Below are positions 35,801 to 49,400 of a stretch of 64,000 bases of DNA, piece after piece. The translations under genes and the position numbers were made by a program. The notes under the pieces were generated by a model. That model did no database searches and was not told the origin of the DNA. It saw only the letters and a program-made list of their open reading frames with translations. The DNA is taken from NCBI GenBank assembly GCA_036785375.1, contig JAWMAR010000034.1:682001-746000 (forward strand), read 5' to 3'. Within the stretch, counting starts at the first letter, position 1. Every line of letters begins with the position of its first letter. The stretch comes from Leucoraja ocellata (lineage: Eukaryota).

Positions 35801-38800
35801 ACTCGGGTTTGATTCTGTCTCCTTAGAGATTGTACATTCTCCCTGTGACCATGTGGTTTTCTCCGGGTGCTCCGGTTTCCTCCCACACTCCAGAAATGTA
35901 CAGATTTGTAGGTTACATGGCTTGGTATAATGGTAAATTGTCCCTGGTGTGTGTAGGACAGTGTTAGTGTACAGGGTTCACTGGTCGACGCGAACTGGGT
36001 GGGTCAAAGAGCCTGATCTGTACTGGATCACTGAACTAAACACTGGTGTTATTCATGTTGGTGGGAAGGATGAAAGAACGGAACTTATTTTTGTCATTGA
36101 TGAAAGACTAGAAAATGAGTTATTGAACTGTGCTGGGAGATAAAACAGAGTTACAGTGTGTAATTAGGAAACCAAGTGGAGGATTGGCTCATATTGCACG
36201 GAGACTGGATTGCAAGAGTAAGAAGATCTGAATATAGCAGAAATTATGGAAGTACTCAGCAGGCAAACTAGCACCTGTGGAAAGAAGCACATTTCAGACC
36301 GGTGCCCTCTCATCAAAACTGGGAAAAGTTGGAAGTAAATGTGTTTAGTGATGGTGGCAGGAAATAATAAAAGGGACTGTTTGCTTTCGGATGGAAGGCA
36401 GGAGATAATGAGAGTGAGTGAGATGTTTAAAAGAAGATAAGATTATCTCATTCAAATCAGAGGAATGTGGATGCAAAGCTGACAAGTACATGTTTGGCTA
36501 ATGGGTGTTTGAGAATCAGGGGAGAAGGGGCTCAGATACTGCTAGACACAAAATTGTGTTCAGACTGAGAAGTCTGAATGACAATAAAGGATAATTCAAT
36601 TCAATTCAATTCAATATGGGGCTTGGATGGGTGATACCTGCTTCTGTTGCTTATGTTCTTATGACAATGCTAAAGAGAAGAATGTACATGGTTCGGAGAG
36701 CAGACCATTGTAAAGGGATGTAGGTAGAGTGCGTGGATGAAAATATGGCAAAAAGAATCTGATGTGGGAATGTATAAAGTCACCTTATTCAGACAAAGGA
36801 GGATAAATAAGAACAGTGGAGACTGTAGCTCAATTACAGGACTTGCAGTCAGAAAACTGGACCATTGACCCAGAGACACCAGTTCAAATTTCATCAGGAC
36901 ATCATTTAAAATAAGTTTGGAATTAAGGAAATATTCCCAGTGACGATACAACAACGGATTTTTGATTAAAACCCAACTGGTTTACTAATGTCCGTCATCC
37001 ACCCTGGCCTTTGTGACTACAAACCCATTAACTTGGTTGACTCTCAACTCAGTCCAGAGGTGAGGAGTGATATATGACAAATGGTGAAGATGTCCACACA
37101 TAATGAATAAACCTTAAGTACAATTTCACAGAGTAATGGGACTCGGAGCTTAGTAGACATACATATATGTAAAATAAATATATAAGCAAATTAAATGTTG
37201 TCATTTACCTTAAGGAGTACAGATATACTAAGAAAAAATAAATGCTTTCGTAACATAGAATATTGGTCAGACTCTATATGGGGTACCATGATTGCCAACA
37301 TATAGAAAGCAAGGGACCCAGATCTTTAACATTCTGTTTCTATTCTTTAGGATATCAATGCCCCCCATATCAGAACAATATCCAGCAACCCACAAGAGAA
37401 GCGGAAATTCGTGAGAATTTCTGCAATATGCCAGAACGTGCAAAGCCCTTACCAGATAACTTAAAGTTCGAAGGTATGGCACATTGAGCCACAGATAAGA
37501 GCAGGGTCCGACAAAACAGCCCTTCTGTACACCATTCAGAGTGTACTTTGTATTTCTCCATTGGTTCAAGGTCAGGGAGGTAAGAGCTGGATAATGAACA
37601 ACAGTTATTCACCATAAAATAGTCCCATGGTCACTGCACCTTGTGTTGGAAAATGCCTTATCACATCATCAACTTCAGTTCCAGTACAACACTGGATAGA
37701 AAAGGATTGTCTCATCAAACAACAATAACAATTTATTGCATAGCAACACTAACATTGAAAAACAAACATGGTGCTTCACAGGATAAAATGTATAAGTATT
37801 TCTTTGGTACAAAGCAGTATCTGCAGTTCATTTTTATTCCATGTTGCTTCACAGGCATGTTATCAAACAGAATTTAACACAGATTAGTCAGTTAACTATG
37901 AGGAAAGGGGAAGACAGATGGATTCGTGGTGAGGATACTCGTTTGGAGCTTACATTGAATGAAGACATAATGAACTGCAGAGACTGGTTTATAAAAATGG
38001 CACAAAGTGCTGGAGTCACTTAGCGGGTCAGGCAGCATCTCTGGAGCACGTGGACAGGTGATGTTTCGGGTTGAAATTTATGAAATGGAGGCACAAACTG
38101 CAGATGCTGGTATCTTGAGCAAAAAACTATGGACTAAATGGACAATTGACGTTTTGGGTCAGGTCCTTTAGATTAACTCCAATTCCTTCCACAGATACTG
38201 CCTGGCCTGCTGCGTTCCTCCAGCAGTTTTGTTTTTGCTGAATAAATTTGCGATTGTTCATGTTTCCGAAATGAAAGTGACTAATATGTTTAAATAGGTA
38301 TAGGACTGGGTAGGCTAGGTCCAGACATGGACAGATTTGGAAAATAAGATGAGAATTTGAAAATTATCTGGGGAAATGGCACACGGGAACTAATGAAAGC
38401 TAATAGATGGGCAGTAGAGTTTACCTCAATTTCACAACATTAATGAGGCCGAAAGGGCGAAGTCAGTAAGCGGAGCTTTGAAACAGTCAGGTCAAGATTA
38501 AGAAAGGCTGGGGCTATGGTTTCAGCAGCAGACAGGATAAGGCATGAACAGAACTGGGCAGCCATAAGTGGAAATAAATGGTCACGGATATGCAGAACAA
38601 TTGGTTTCAGCTGCTAGAGGGAGGAATTGAATGGGGCTTGGAGCTGGGGCTTGTGAATGGGACTTTGATGTTGGCTTCAGCATTCCCAATACATTGTGGA
38701 AGGAGCGCAGCATGGTGGCGTAGCAATAGAGCTACTGCCTTACAGCGCCAGAGACCCAGGTTCAAGGGTGCATGCCTGTACGGAGTTTGTACATTCTCCC

Positions 38801-41800
38801 CGTGACATGCGTGGGTTTTCTCTCCCACTCCAAAGACGTACAGGTTTGTAAGTTAATTGCCTGGTATCAATGTAATTGTGTGTAGGGTAATGCGTGTGGA
38901 TCGTTGGTCCGTGCATGACCCGCTGGGCTGAAGGGCCTGTTTCTGCACTGTATCTCTTAACTAAACCAAATGTCTACAGATTCAGTGCTGAATGTTGGTC
39001 AAGCAGTTTAACAATTTAGAAATGGCAGGGGAATTAAAGAAGTAATGCTGAGGTTCTGCTGGTTGTAATCAATGTATTTGAAGAGACTAATGTTTACCTG
39101 GAAATGTAATTGCCAACAAATTTTCTTTTCAGGTCTGGAGTCAACCTCTCAAGGATGGGAGGGGACACCAGACAGCACATTTGAATACTACAAAAATGGC
39201 CAAGACCCAGCCTGTTGTGACCAAGGCTTCTTTTACAACTGAATTTTGATGCAAGACGTCAATGTCTAAAATAATCATTGTCCCATTGCATCAAAACTAC
39301 ATTAGAGTGGCTAGACAACTATTTTTTTAAGATGTTTCTTAAAAAAAGGTAGTAAATAAAAATTAGGAGAGATTAAGAATTCATTTTTGGGATATGTTAA
39401 AAGGTAACGGCACAGATTTCCAGGTGATTCTTTGGCTTCAACTGAACAGATGATTTTGGTCCCAGGGAGTTCTGCCATTACAAAGAAAACAGCTACAGTA
39501 GGTCATGGAGTACACTTCACCTTTGCCACACTCACTTGTGGTTTTACCATGGGCTGCTTGGAACTCCCAGTTGGGATGATCCCAGGACATGCATGATATT
39601 AGTTAGGTCAGATAAGTGTAGTGACAGGTAGAGTACAAAGCTTCCTCTACACCGTCAATATTCAATCCCTCACAGGGTGAATACGACATGGATTTGATAA
39701 AGAATACTGTAATAATCTGTGGGTCAAGTACACATAGAAGATAGTGATTGTTTACAGTTTTGCAGGCGTTGTAAAGTTATAATACATTGAATTAAATTGT
39801 TCACAATATGTTACTGTGTCACTAAAGGTGTTCATGATTTGAATACCACTTACCAAGTCGAATTTCAGCCTTTGCCCTTTGCGAGACAGAAGACAGTCAG
39901 GAAGCGAACAAAACCCAAGCCTGCTCCCATGGACCTGCTGAGCAGCTACCGCAAAGATTACCCTGAACACAAGCAATCGAAGATGTTGTCAATAATACCA
40001 GCGCAGGACAACTTGCAAGTTAACCGTCATCTGCCGTAAGATCAGTGCATTGATGCACGTTAATACCACATTGCTGAGGGGCAGGGTTGCATCTTGCAGA
40101 GGAATGGGACAAACTTTGTTTTCACTTTCGGAAAAGTTCTTTAGAAAATTTAACTTAATCTTCTCTAACTCCCTCGCTTTAACAATTTCCTGCACCATGT
40201 CATTCACCAGGAAGAAGGCACAGGGAAGTATCAATTTTCAAATATCAAGAAATATCAATTCAGGTTCTTGTCAAATAGTGGAAAACAGATAAAGGAAATC
40301 TGAAATAACAAGAGAAAATGCTGGAAACTTGGCAGCATTGTGAAAAGAAAAACAGAGCTAATGTTTCAGGCTGAGGGCCCTTCATCAGGAATGGGAAAGA
40401 GAAACCAAACTTATTTTTGCTCTCGGCCATTTCTGATGGAATTCAACCTGAAACATTAACTGTTTCTCTCTTCATAGAAGCTGCCTGACTTGCTGAATTT
40501 TTCTCCCCCAGTACTTTTGTTTTAATTTATTGCAAAGTGGTGTTGTGCAACGACAAGGTCAGATACCTTGTTGACACTCACTATTAGAATCATAGTGTGA
40601 TAGTGTGGAAACAGGCCATTCAGCTCAACTTGCCCACACCAGCCAACATGTCCTAGCTACACTAGTCCCACCTGCCTGCGCTTGGTCCATATTCTTCCAA
40701 ACCTGTCCTATCCATGTATCTCTTAAACGAAGGGATGGTCCCAGCCTCAATTACCTCCTCTGGCAACTTGTTCCATATACCCACCACACTTTGTATGAAA
40801 AAATTGCCCCTCGGATTCCTATTAAATCTTTTCCCCTTCACCTTGAACTTATGTCCCCTGGTCCTCAATTCCCCTACTGTGGGCAAGAGACAGTGATATT
40901 CAAACATGTGATAAAGTTCCAATGGTCTCAAAGCAACTGATTGCATTCTGTTACCAGGGAACGTTTGTAGTGACGAGTGTAAAGAATTGCACGTCATTTG
41001 ATAGACAGCCATCTACACTTTGAAACACTGGCATTAACTTTTTACATGTATTATTTAAAACAGAATATTCAACTTCATCACATTGCAGATTTTAAATTAT
41101 CTTTTTCATTTAGCAAGAACCCGTCTTAAAATTCTCTGACCAGGTTTCAGTCTCCCTTAGTAGTGTTAAATCTCAAGACTAAATAGATGCTGCACAGCTT
41201 CCCATTGTCCACCCAGTTTGTCGTTTTGCCATATACAAGATTAATGCAGTCCACGTAGATGTTACCGTCCAATCCTCATGTGTATAGTGCCCAAGACTCA
41301 AATTGCAACAAGTACAAAGAGGAACACTAGATAATGTTTCTTTCCCATGTTGACAAGAGAACTAAAACTATTTATAGAACTAGTTAACTGGATCGGCCTC
41401 TGCAAATGCAGCTTGAACACAGGTCCATTTCTTTACCAGATCACCAAAGCAACTCAACGTTTGCTGCATTGATATTTCCAGTTTACAGAGCCATACACAT
41501 AGTTATCATGGGTCTTTACAGTTGAGTGAATGCAGCTCCAGTTTAAATTCCATTTGGAATATTTTGGAGGACCAAGAAACCAAGCTTAGATAGCTTAGGC
41601 CATTGGGGATACATGTTTACAAATATTTAATAATTTAAGAAATGTTTTTGGAATAGCTTTGATCAATTAAGCTTATCATGTTGTAGTATATGATGTAATA
41701 TTAATGGAAAGGGTTGGAACCAAGGTGAAGGCATCTGCTGCTTGAGATTAATGTAAGGAGTGGATATGGAAAGTGTGTATTCCTGGAGCCCATCGTGAAG

Positions 41801-44800
41801 GGTTAGGTGGGAAGCATATGATTTTATTGATTGATATGTGGTCTGGGTAGCGGGTGACACTGAGGACTAATGTGTTGGGATGGATCCACGTGATATTTTC
41901 GGGGAAGTGTGGATTATGTGATATGCCTTACCAGTTAGCAAACCATCTTCCACCAACATTTTTCAGAGCTGTCCTAAGCATGGGAAGTTTTGCTGCACGA
42001 AAATAACAATGTCTTATAATCCTTAATTCCGATGCATCTTCCACATCTTGCAGTGCGGACTTCAACACAATTCAGAAAAATTCATATATTGGCTGGGATC
42101 CCACTCAATATCCCCGCCCTGATCCCATTAAATATAAGGATCAGTTGAATGTGGAAGGAGCCATGGAGACCACCACAGTGACAAAGGTAATTCCTCTTAC
42201 TTTATCAGCCCAGTAGGTTGAAGGAAGCAAAGCTCTCTTTTTAGCAGTGATTTATAATGTCAACCCTGGCACGTGGCTCCATTTCCCTTCAAACCACACA
42301 ACCTAATAAGAGTTCAGGTCTTCAAGGAGCTGTAAAATGTTGGAAAATAGGATAAATGTGGGTAGTTCCTGGTGAATGACTGTAACCTGCAATACATTAA
42401 GAAATACTCCCTCCATTCACCACTTAACCAATATACTGATCACCCGCAGGCAAACTAGCTTTTATTATTTGACCTTAGTTGCCCTGGAAAAAAAGAGTAG
42501 AGCTACATTTTTTAAGTCATGCCACATCGAAACGGGCCTTCAACCCACTAGGTCCATCAAGTATCCATTTATACAAAGCCGACACTCATTTCATTTATTC
42601 TCCCCATAGTTCTATCAGCTCCGTCCATATTCTACCAATTACCTATACATTAGGAGTAATCCACAGTGTCCCATGGTGCTGGCCTGCACATCATTGGGAT
42701 GCTGAAGGAAACCTGAGCATTCAGACAAAAGCCATGCTGTGGAAACTCCACACAGATGGCACCAGAGGTCAGGAATGAACTTGCGGTGCTGGAGGTACAA
42801 AAGAGGAGCTCTGCTAGCAGCGTTACTGTGCTGCCCCCTACAGATTAATGGTGTGATAGATAAGAGTGGCTTTTTATAGTCGTTAGTAATTAAGCTAATA
42901 GGTCCTGGAATCCAGCTGTGTACACATCAACACAGCAAGGGCAATGGCTTACCTCCCCACCCCCTCTTCCTACCAAAACACATTACCTATTGGCAGTCTG
43001 GTACTTGTTATTTTTTTAAATTATTCAGAAACAATGATCAACAATTGCCACGTTAAGCCAGTCACTAATTTAGCTGGTGTGCAAACTGTGGACCACCTGC
43101 ATATTAGGAACCTTGGAGTAAAAATATATTATTTCTTCCATCTCTCCGCCAGCATCTATTCAATTTGCACAATCATGGATTCCATTTTCCTTTCTACCTC
43201 CACCGGACCATTTCATTCTGGTGCATACCAATATTACCCAAAATCTGTTTTTATATTCCCAATAAGTAATTGAATCCCATATGCCATTGTGGGGTGACTG
43301 GAGGGAGGCAAGTTGCCTCTATTGTGTCCGCTTGATATTTCAATCTTCAATCAGTTATCTATTCAGTGCATCTTTAACAGTTCAGCAGTGGCGAGTAATA
43401 ACCTGCTTAGTCACCCCCATTTTACAGGAGTTAGTTTTGGTTGTTAGTTTCATTCGTCTGTACTTTATCTCCTCAGCTTGAGTATAATATGAAACCTTCC
43501 ATTAAAAAGCAAGAAATTCACCGCCCTACAACGCAGCAGACTCTTGGTGGCAAATTTGATCCAAAAACATCGTATGCAATATCCTACAAGGATTGGGACC
43601 CTAAGACCAGGATACGCTACGGTGACCCTCATGACAAACCCTTCGAGCCGCCATCAGTAAGCAGCCATATAAGTTAGACATAAGTTAGCTCCTTCTACAC
43701 TGTTCCAACAACCGTCCACAGGACAGGTGTAAAAGAGGTTAGATACAAGGTAAAGTTCCCCCCGATCAATTGGATTTCTTCCAGATATCTTGCTACAATA
43801 ATGTTTCCTGTAAAAAGCATTCTTCAGCCTTGAGTGAGTATATATTTTTGCTGCGTAGTACCATTTGCACCTGTACTTCCTTCTGAATCCAAAGTATGAG
43901 GAGTATGATTGGCCACACATTGTGATGCTTTGATATTCTCTACTAGTGCTGTAACTTTACAATTGTTGTTTGTGTATCAGGGGAGGATTGAAAGTACATC
44001 AGTCACTGGACGCGATTTCACCCCGAAAAATGTCTGCCAGCCACCAAACTATTCACCTTGCCTGCGAAAGAATACTTCTCACGACCAAAATGCCCGCAGG
44101 TAACACAACGTTTTAACATATCTAGAATGCTTCCCATTATAGGCTTTTGCAGCTTCTAATAAACTATCTATTTGTGTAAAAGCCTCCATGTGCAGAAACA
44201 ACTAAAGCGGTACATTTTTGAGGGCGTGAGTGATCAGGGTGTGCGTGCCTACGGTACTCTCATCCAACTTGGGAGATTGTAGTTGAAGTCCAACTACAAA
44301 GTGTTGGGTGTAATAATGCAGGCTGTCACTGAAATTCAGAAGTTAGGGCGTACTGTACTAAGTGAGGTACCGTCTTTCAAATGAGATAAAACCAATGACC
44401 CATTTGCCCTCTCAGTTTCTTATGAGAGGTATAATTTCATAGAAAATAGTGTTATCACAAATGACATGATACAGAACATAGAACAGAACCGAATGCCCTC
44501 TGGCTGAACCGAACATTATGCCATATTAAACTAATTTCACCTACCCGCCAATGATCCATATCTCTCCACTCCCTGCATATCTGTATGCTTATCTAAAATT
44601 CTATTAAATGCCATTACTGTATCTGCCTCCACCACCATATTCCAAGCACCAATAACGGTGTTAACATTGACCTCATATATACCCTTAGCTGCATCAACTT
44701 GATCAATGTTAGATTAAAAAAATATATATTATTATTTCACACCTGTATGTAGGACCTTGCTTTATATAAAATGGTTACGGTGACCTTTATAGTAGAACAG

Positions 44801-45137
44801 TGAATACACTTCAAGATTATTTAAAATACTTCACAAACTATAAAGCATGATGGGATAAACTAAGGCCATGTAAAAAATGATAATACAAGGATACTTTTCA
44901 TTAGCTACCATTAGTTCATTTTTAGATTAAAACATTCTTCTAAAATACATCCCAATTCAAATCCTACACGCTATTCAAATAAGTATTTTGCTAGCTTTTA
45001 TTTATTTATTGCAATGTTTAAAAACAAAGATCTGTAACTAGAGAGAACTCTATTTGTAATTTTATGTACTGAGATATTGTAATCTGGATTGTACTGACTG
45101 AGTGTGCTGGCTACAGATTTGGAAATAGATTTTAACG

Positions 45138-45194
<57 letters not shown>

Positions 45195-45475
45195 ATATAT
45201 ATTTGAAGGGTTATGGAGAAGGTGCAGCAGAGGGAGAGAAATTGAATCATTTTTTTCTCTCCAAAAGTTCCAGTGCATGTACAATGGGCTGAATGTTCTT
45301 TCTGTATGGTCTACAATTGTACTTTGTATCTACATCTGTTTTCTTAAAACATCTCCTCTCTCACTCTCCCAGTTCACCGCTCCCCATGTGCAAGCTGCAA
45401 GCCTACCTGATTCACCAGCATCTCAAGAACATGAAAATTTCCAACCGATCTGTGCCTGTAACATGTGTACAATAA
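29847..45475 (+). CDS. Stabilizer of axonemal microtubules (SAXO/FAM154 family)-like protein, about 458 aa, 10 exons
   Basis: Phase-consistent GT-AG exons: 29847-29926 (MALNYLRKLEDMEFSEFSCLCELCDCG), 32284-32393, 33496-33632 (PAMQSETTQRSEF), 35214-35397, 37351-37473, 39828-40035 (DLNTTYQVEF, PMDLLSSYRKDY), 42054-42186, 43477-43656 (FDPKTSYAISYKDW), 43981-44099 (IESTSVTGRDF), 45373-45475. The N-terminal CxCELCxCG and the repeated T/S-T/S-Y-x-x-D/E-Y/F Mn-type motifs are SAXO1/2 hallmarks. Exons 4, 5 and 10 are less certain. Confidence 0.82.
31481..31829 (+). mobile_element. Non-autonomous non-LTR element with a structured LINE-type 3' tail
   Basis: CpG-rich body ending in a double hairpin, TGACAATAAA and an (ATTCA)n tail. 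5' boundary approximate. Confidence 0.6.
34275..34562 (+). mobile_element. tRNA-derived SINE
   Basis: Same head, core and tail as 433-738. Confidence 0.8.
35765..36040 (+). mobile_element. tRNA-derived SINE
   Basis: Same family, internally deleted. Confidence 0.75.
38712..38968 (+). mobile_element. tRNA-derived SINE
   Basis: Same family, with small deletions. Confidence 0.75.
40590..40890 (-). mobile_element. CR1-type LINE 3' fragment
   Basis: Minus ORF encodes LRTRGHKFKVKGKRFNRNPRGNFFIQSVVGIWNKLPEEV. Confidence 0.85.
45140..45201. repeat. (TA)n microsatellite
   Basis: Perfect TA run of about 50 bp plus a short interrupted extension. Confidence 0.97.
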
Positions 45476-46431
45476 GACAGCAACCAGAGCTGCTAAACCA
45501 TAATGTTGGCACAGCAATACCAAGTAAAAGAGCACTTCATCCCATCAAAGTTTATCTACATCATGTATGAACCATCTGCCTTGAGGTTCTCATCACTAGA
45601 TATTCATCCCTAGCAGCAGTGCGGAAGCAATCTCATTATTCAGGGATGGTGGATACCACATATTCAAGATTTTTGTGGAAATGTCCCTTGGACAGATCAG
45701 CTATTACATCTCGTGTTTTAATATTGGCTAATCAATGTACATGTTTTGGGGAATTTTCTTTGTAGACTCATTTGCCTCTTAAAACCATGTGGGTGATCGC
45801 AGTGTGGTTATTATAATCATAGAAATCAGTAACCATGATTTTGTTGAAAAAATAAAGTTTTGCTCTTTTAATACACTAAACAATCTTTGTCACTGAACCC
45901 TAAAATCACCTAACAATTGAACATTAGTTGTAAGAAGTGTATCATTACTGACTTGAACTTGCTGTGATGATTGTGGAATTAAAAGGTTGCTTATATTTAA
46001 TTAACCGTGGCATCATGTAGGTCAATACTCTCTTGCTTAATACATTTTAATAGCCTGTGTTAATTTTGTGTGGAAAAAATGAGTTTGCTTAATGCAGATC
46101 ACACCAAATGATCAAAATGCAACTTGCATATTTAAAGCAGAACATTTACCAGCTGGATACAGTTCAGCCCGCAAACAAATCAATAAAAATGAAAAGCTCA
46201 TAAGAAAGACTGCTTGAAAGACCCACAATCACACAATATAAACTTTGTATTCAAAAGGACAAAATATTAACTGATTTAAAAAACAACTTTCACTTCTCTC
46301 ATGTTTCCAAAAATTCAAACCACCTTTTGCAGAGAAATGAATAAATATCTTTCGGTGAAGTCTTTTTTCATGGAGTGTTAAAGTCCCAGTGCAAAAGTCT
46401 CCATGTACTGATAGCTATTATGTTTAATGGT

Positions 46432-49400
46432 TTACATATCCTCCACACTCCATTTGTATGCGATCTCTTGCACTGCTTTCTTTTCAGCTTGTCTGGCATA
46501 CCGCTTCTTTTCAAACCCATTTGACCTGCAAATTAAAAACAAGTGTTTTGAGGTTGAAAATACTTCAAATATATTATGTGGCAGCTATCCGTATGGCATA
46601 TTTTTGTGAAATTCCTTCTATCCATGCAAATGTGGCTATCAATGGAGGATGGAATGATTTGCATTTAAAAAAGTTTGAAATCAAGGGTTGCCTCCAATAT
46701 ACAACAGCCCCAGCAAATGCATTTGGCCAGGTGCAATCTATGATGAGCATTAGTCGGCACTGAACCTGTACTCACTGGAGCTTAGAAGAATGAGGGGGGA
46801 CTCATTGAAATGTACATAATAGTGAAAGGCTTGAGTAGATGTGGAGAGGATGTTTCCACTAGTGGGAGAATCTAAGACTAGAGGTCACAGCCTCAGAATT
46901 AAAGGACGTTCTTTTAGGAAGGAGAAAAGGAGAATTTATTTAGTCATAGGGTGGTGAATCTTTGGAATTATTTGCCACGGAAAGCTATGGAGGCAAAGTT
47001 AGTGGATATTTTTAAGGCAGAGAAAGATAGATTTTGAGTAGTACAGGTGTCAGAGATTATGGGGTGAAGACAGGAGAATGGGGTTAGGAGGGAGAGATAG
47101 ATCAGCCATGATTGAATGGCAGAGTAGACTTGATCGGCCAAATGGCCTGATTCTGCTCCTATTCCTAATGACCTTATGAACATTGATTAGATATAGAGAA
47201 AGTTCCTTCTACAATCATCGACAAAACATTGCCTAGGCAGATACAGCAAGTGGTTATTTCAGACATAACGTGCCAATGAAACTCTTCATTCAATGTTGCG
47301 CAGGTAAAATTCAAAATGGACACCTTAGCATCTTAAAATCGCAAATGAATGGTGAAATACTGGCAGTTTTTTTTAAACAGGGCTTCCCAAGAACTGAAAT
47401 GAGACTGTTCGATGATTTCAGTTTCTGATTCACTGCAATCATTCAATGAATTAAACTTTTTTTTTAAAGTTCCTCCACTAAAATCTTGGAAATCAATATC
47501 ACCTGATCTGTGCTCATGTGATAATTAACCAACTAGTGCAACTTGTTTTAGTATCCCATTTATAGAGGATTACATTACTCAAAGTTACTTAAAGCCGACA
47601 CAAGGTTCAAACCCAATAAAGCGCTCAGGAACGTCCCCTTCAAAAGTGGGATTTAATTTTAAATCTCTGCTCAAAATCTATAATGAATGAAATAGCTGCA
47701 AGTCCTTTCAAACATTTTACAGTAAAACATTATTGCTGGTGTAGTAAATGGAGCTGTTAATCAGCTGAGGGTACAATAGAGAAATGTTTACACATAGGAC
47801 ACTCCATGGACCTGTTTCTCCTGTCCAAGTGTGGGCTTTCTGCTCAGAGTCTCTTCCCTTTCAGTTTTTATTTTTCCAATTTTATAAACCAAGAACCACT
47901 CAACCCGCGAGTCTACCTGCCACTCAATTTGACCGTGGCAACTTCATTTATGGATCTTTTCTTCTTATCCTATGCTATTTGGTTACTTCAATAGACCTTT
48001 GGTTTTAATATTTATGATTTAACTTAACATTCTTTCAGCTGCAGCAGCTTCCGATTCCATTTACACTGCAATTTCTCCTGTTATCTGATTATGATGGGTG
48101 ACGACTGCACATAGTTTAAAAATCTATGAAGGATTAAAACTAAACCACAAAAAATTATTAAAATATAAACTGAGCATAACCTGTCCACTCCATCCCAGCG
48201 GTACCCAGGGTACAGATTGAACCTGTTGGGGGGTGGTGCAGGACCTTTGTATCGTGGCTTCTCTAAAAAGGGAAAGAAAAAAATATTCAGTTTTTATCCA
48301 TAGAGTCAGAAACCTCATGCTGTCACAGTGCTATGGATTAAAACTATATTTAAAATCCCCTCAGTATTAGAACCCCATCATTTCATCATTTTGCTTAAAA
48401 CGCACCATTTTTATTCTTGGCCTCCTTTTCTTTCTTCTTCTTGATTAACCCAGCCATTGGGTCACCATCCCGCTCTTTCTCACGTAGGTGGCGGTCTAAG
48501 TCTTCGTCATCGATATGTCGGGCAAGTGGCTTTTGCATCTCACGAACAGCATCCTCTATGTTCTGCCTCTGCTGCTCTTGCTGAGCCAATCTGAAGTAAG
48601 TCATATCAAGAATGAGTAGGATTTAGCACAAAGAAGAGAGCAAAAACAAGAGACTGAGGAAATGAATTGTGGAATTTGAGGTACAGTCAGAGGGTAAAGA
48701 AGCTACGTAAATATGAAATGTGTCGGAGAGGGGGAGAGGGGAAGACTGCTTGAAGGAGGGGGAATGCATAACTTTGCAATTGAGGGCAAAGATAGGGTCA
48801 GGGTCAGAAGTTGGGGAAGGGAAAAAAGACGGCTTGGACTTATGATTGGAAGAAAATTGCACGGGGAAATGGTGCAAAGGGTAAGGATTGTGTGATTTAG
48901 AGAAAAAGGCAACAAAATAAATTACACCATGTGAATGAAGGATGAAATGTGGGAAGAAATTGGAAAGCAGATTGGTAGAGAGGGAAAATGGACCACAGCT
49001 TAAGGTAATTAAGAGATATGTCAACGTATAATCATAAGGGATTGGAATAGACTAACCAGCTGCTGTGGAACTACTCAACTTTACTGGAGCCCATCTTACT
49101 CATTATGTTGATGAGGATATAATAAATCCTATGTACTTACCCTTTGCCCCACTGGGCATATTTTTCAAGTTTTATTGCATTCTCCTCGTTCTTCTTCTTC
49201 TGTTCAAGCCGTTCCTGATCCAAGTCCCTCTTTTTCCCCAATTTATCTCGGAACACAGTAGTGGCATTTCTAGCGTCATCTTTAAAATAGAATAAAAAAA
49301 TGTCAGCATCATCAGGTGGTCTGAATTGGCAATTTATAAAACACCTCATGTTGATTATCAGCCACTCCCCACACGGGGTTGGTGCACAGGAATTTCAGAT

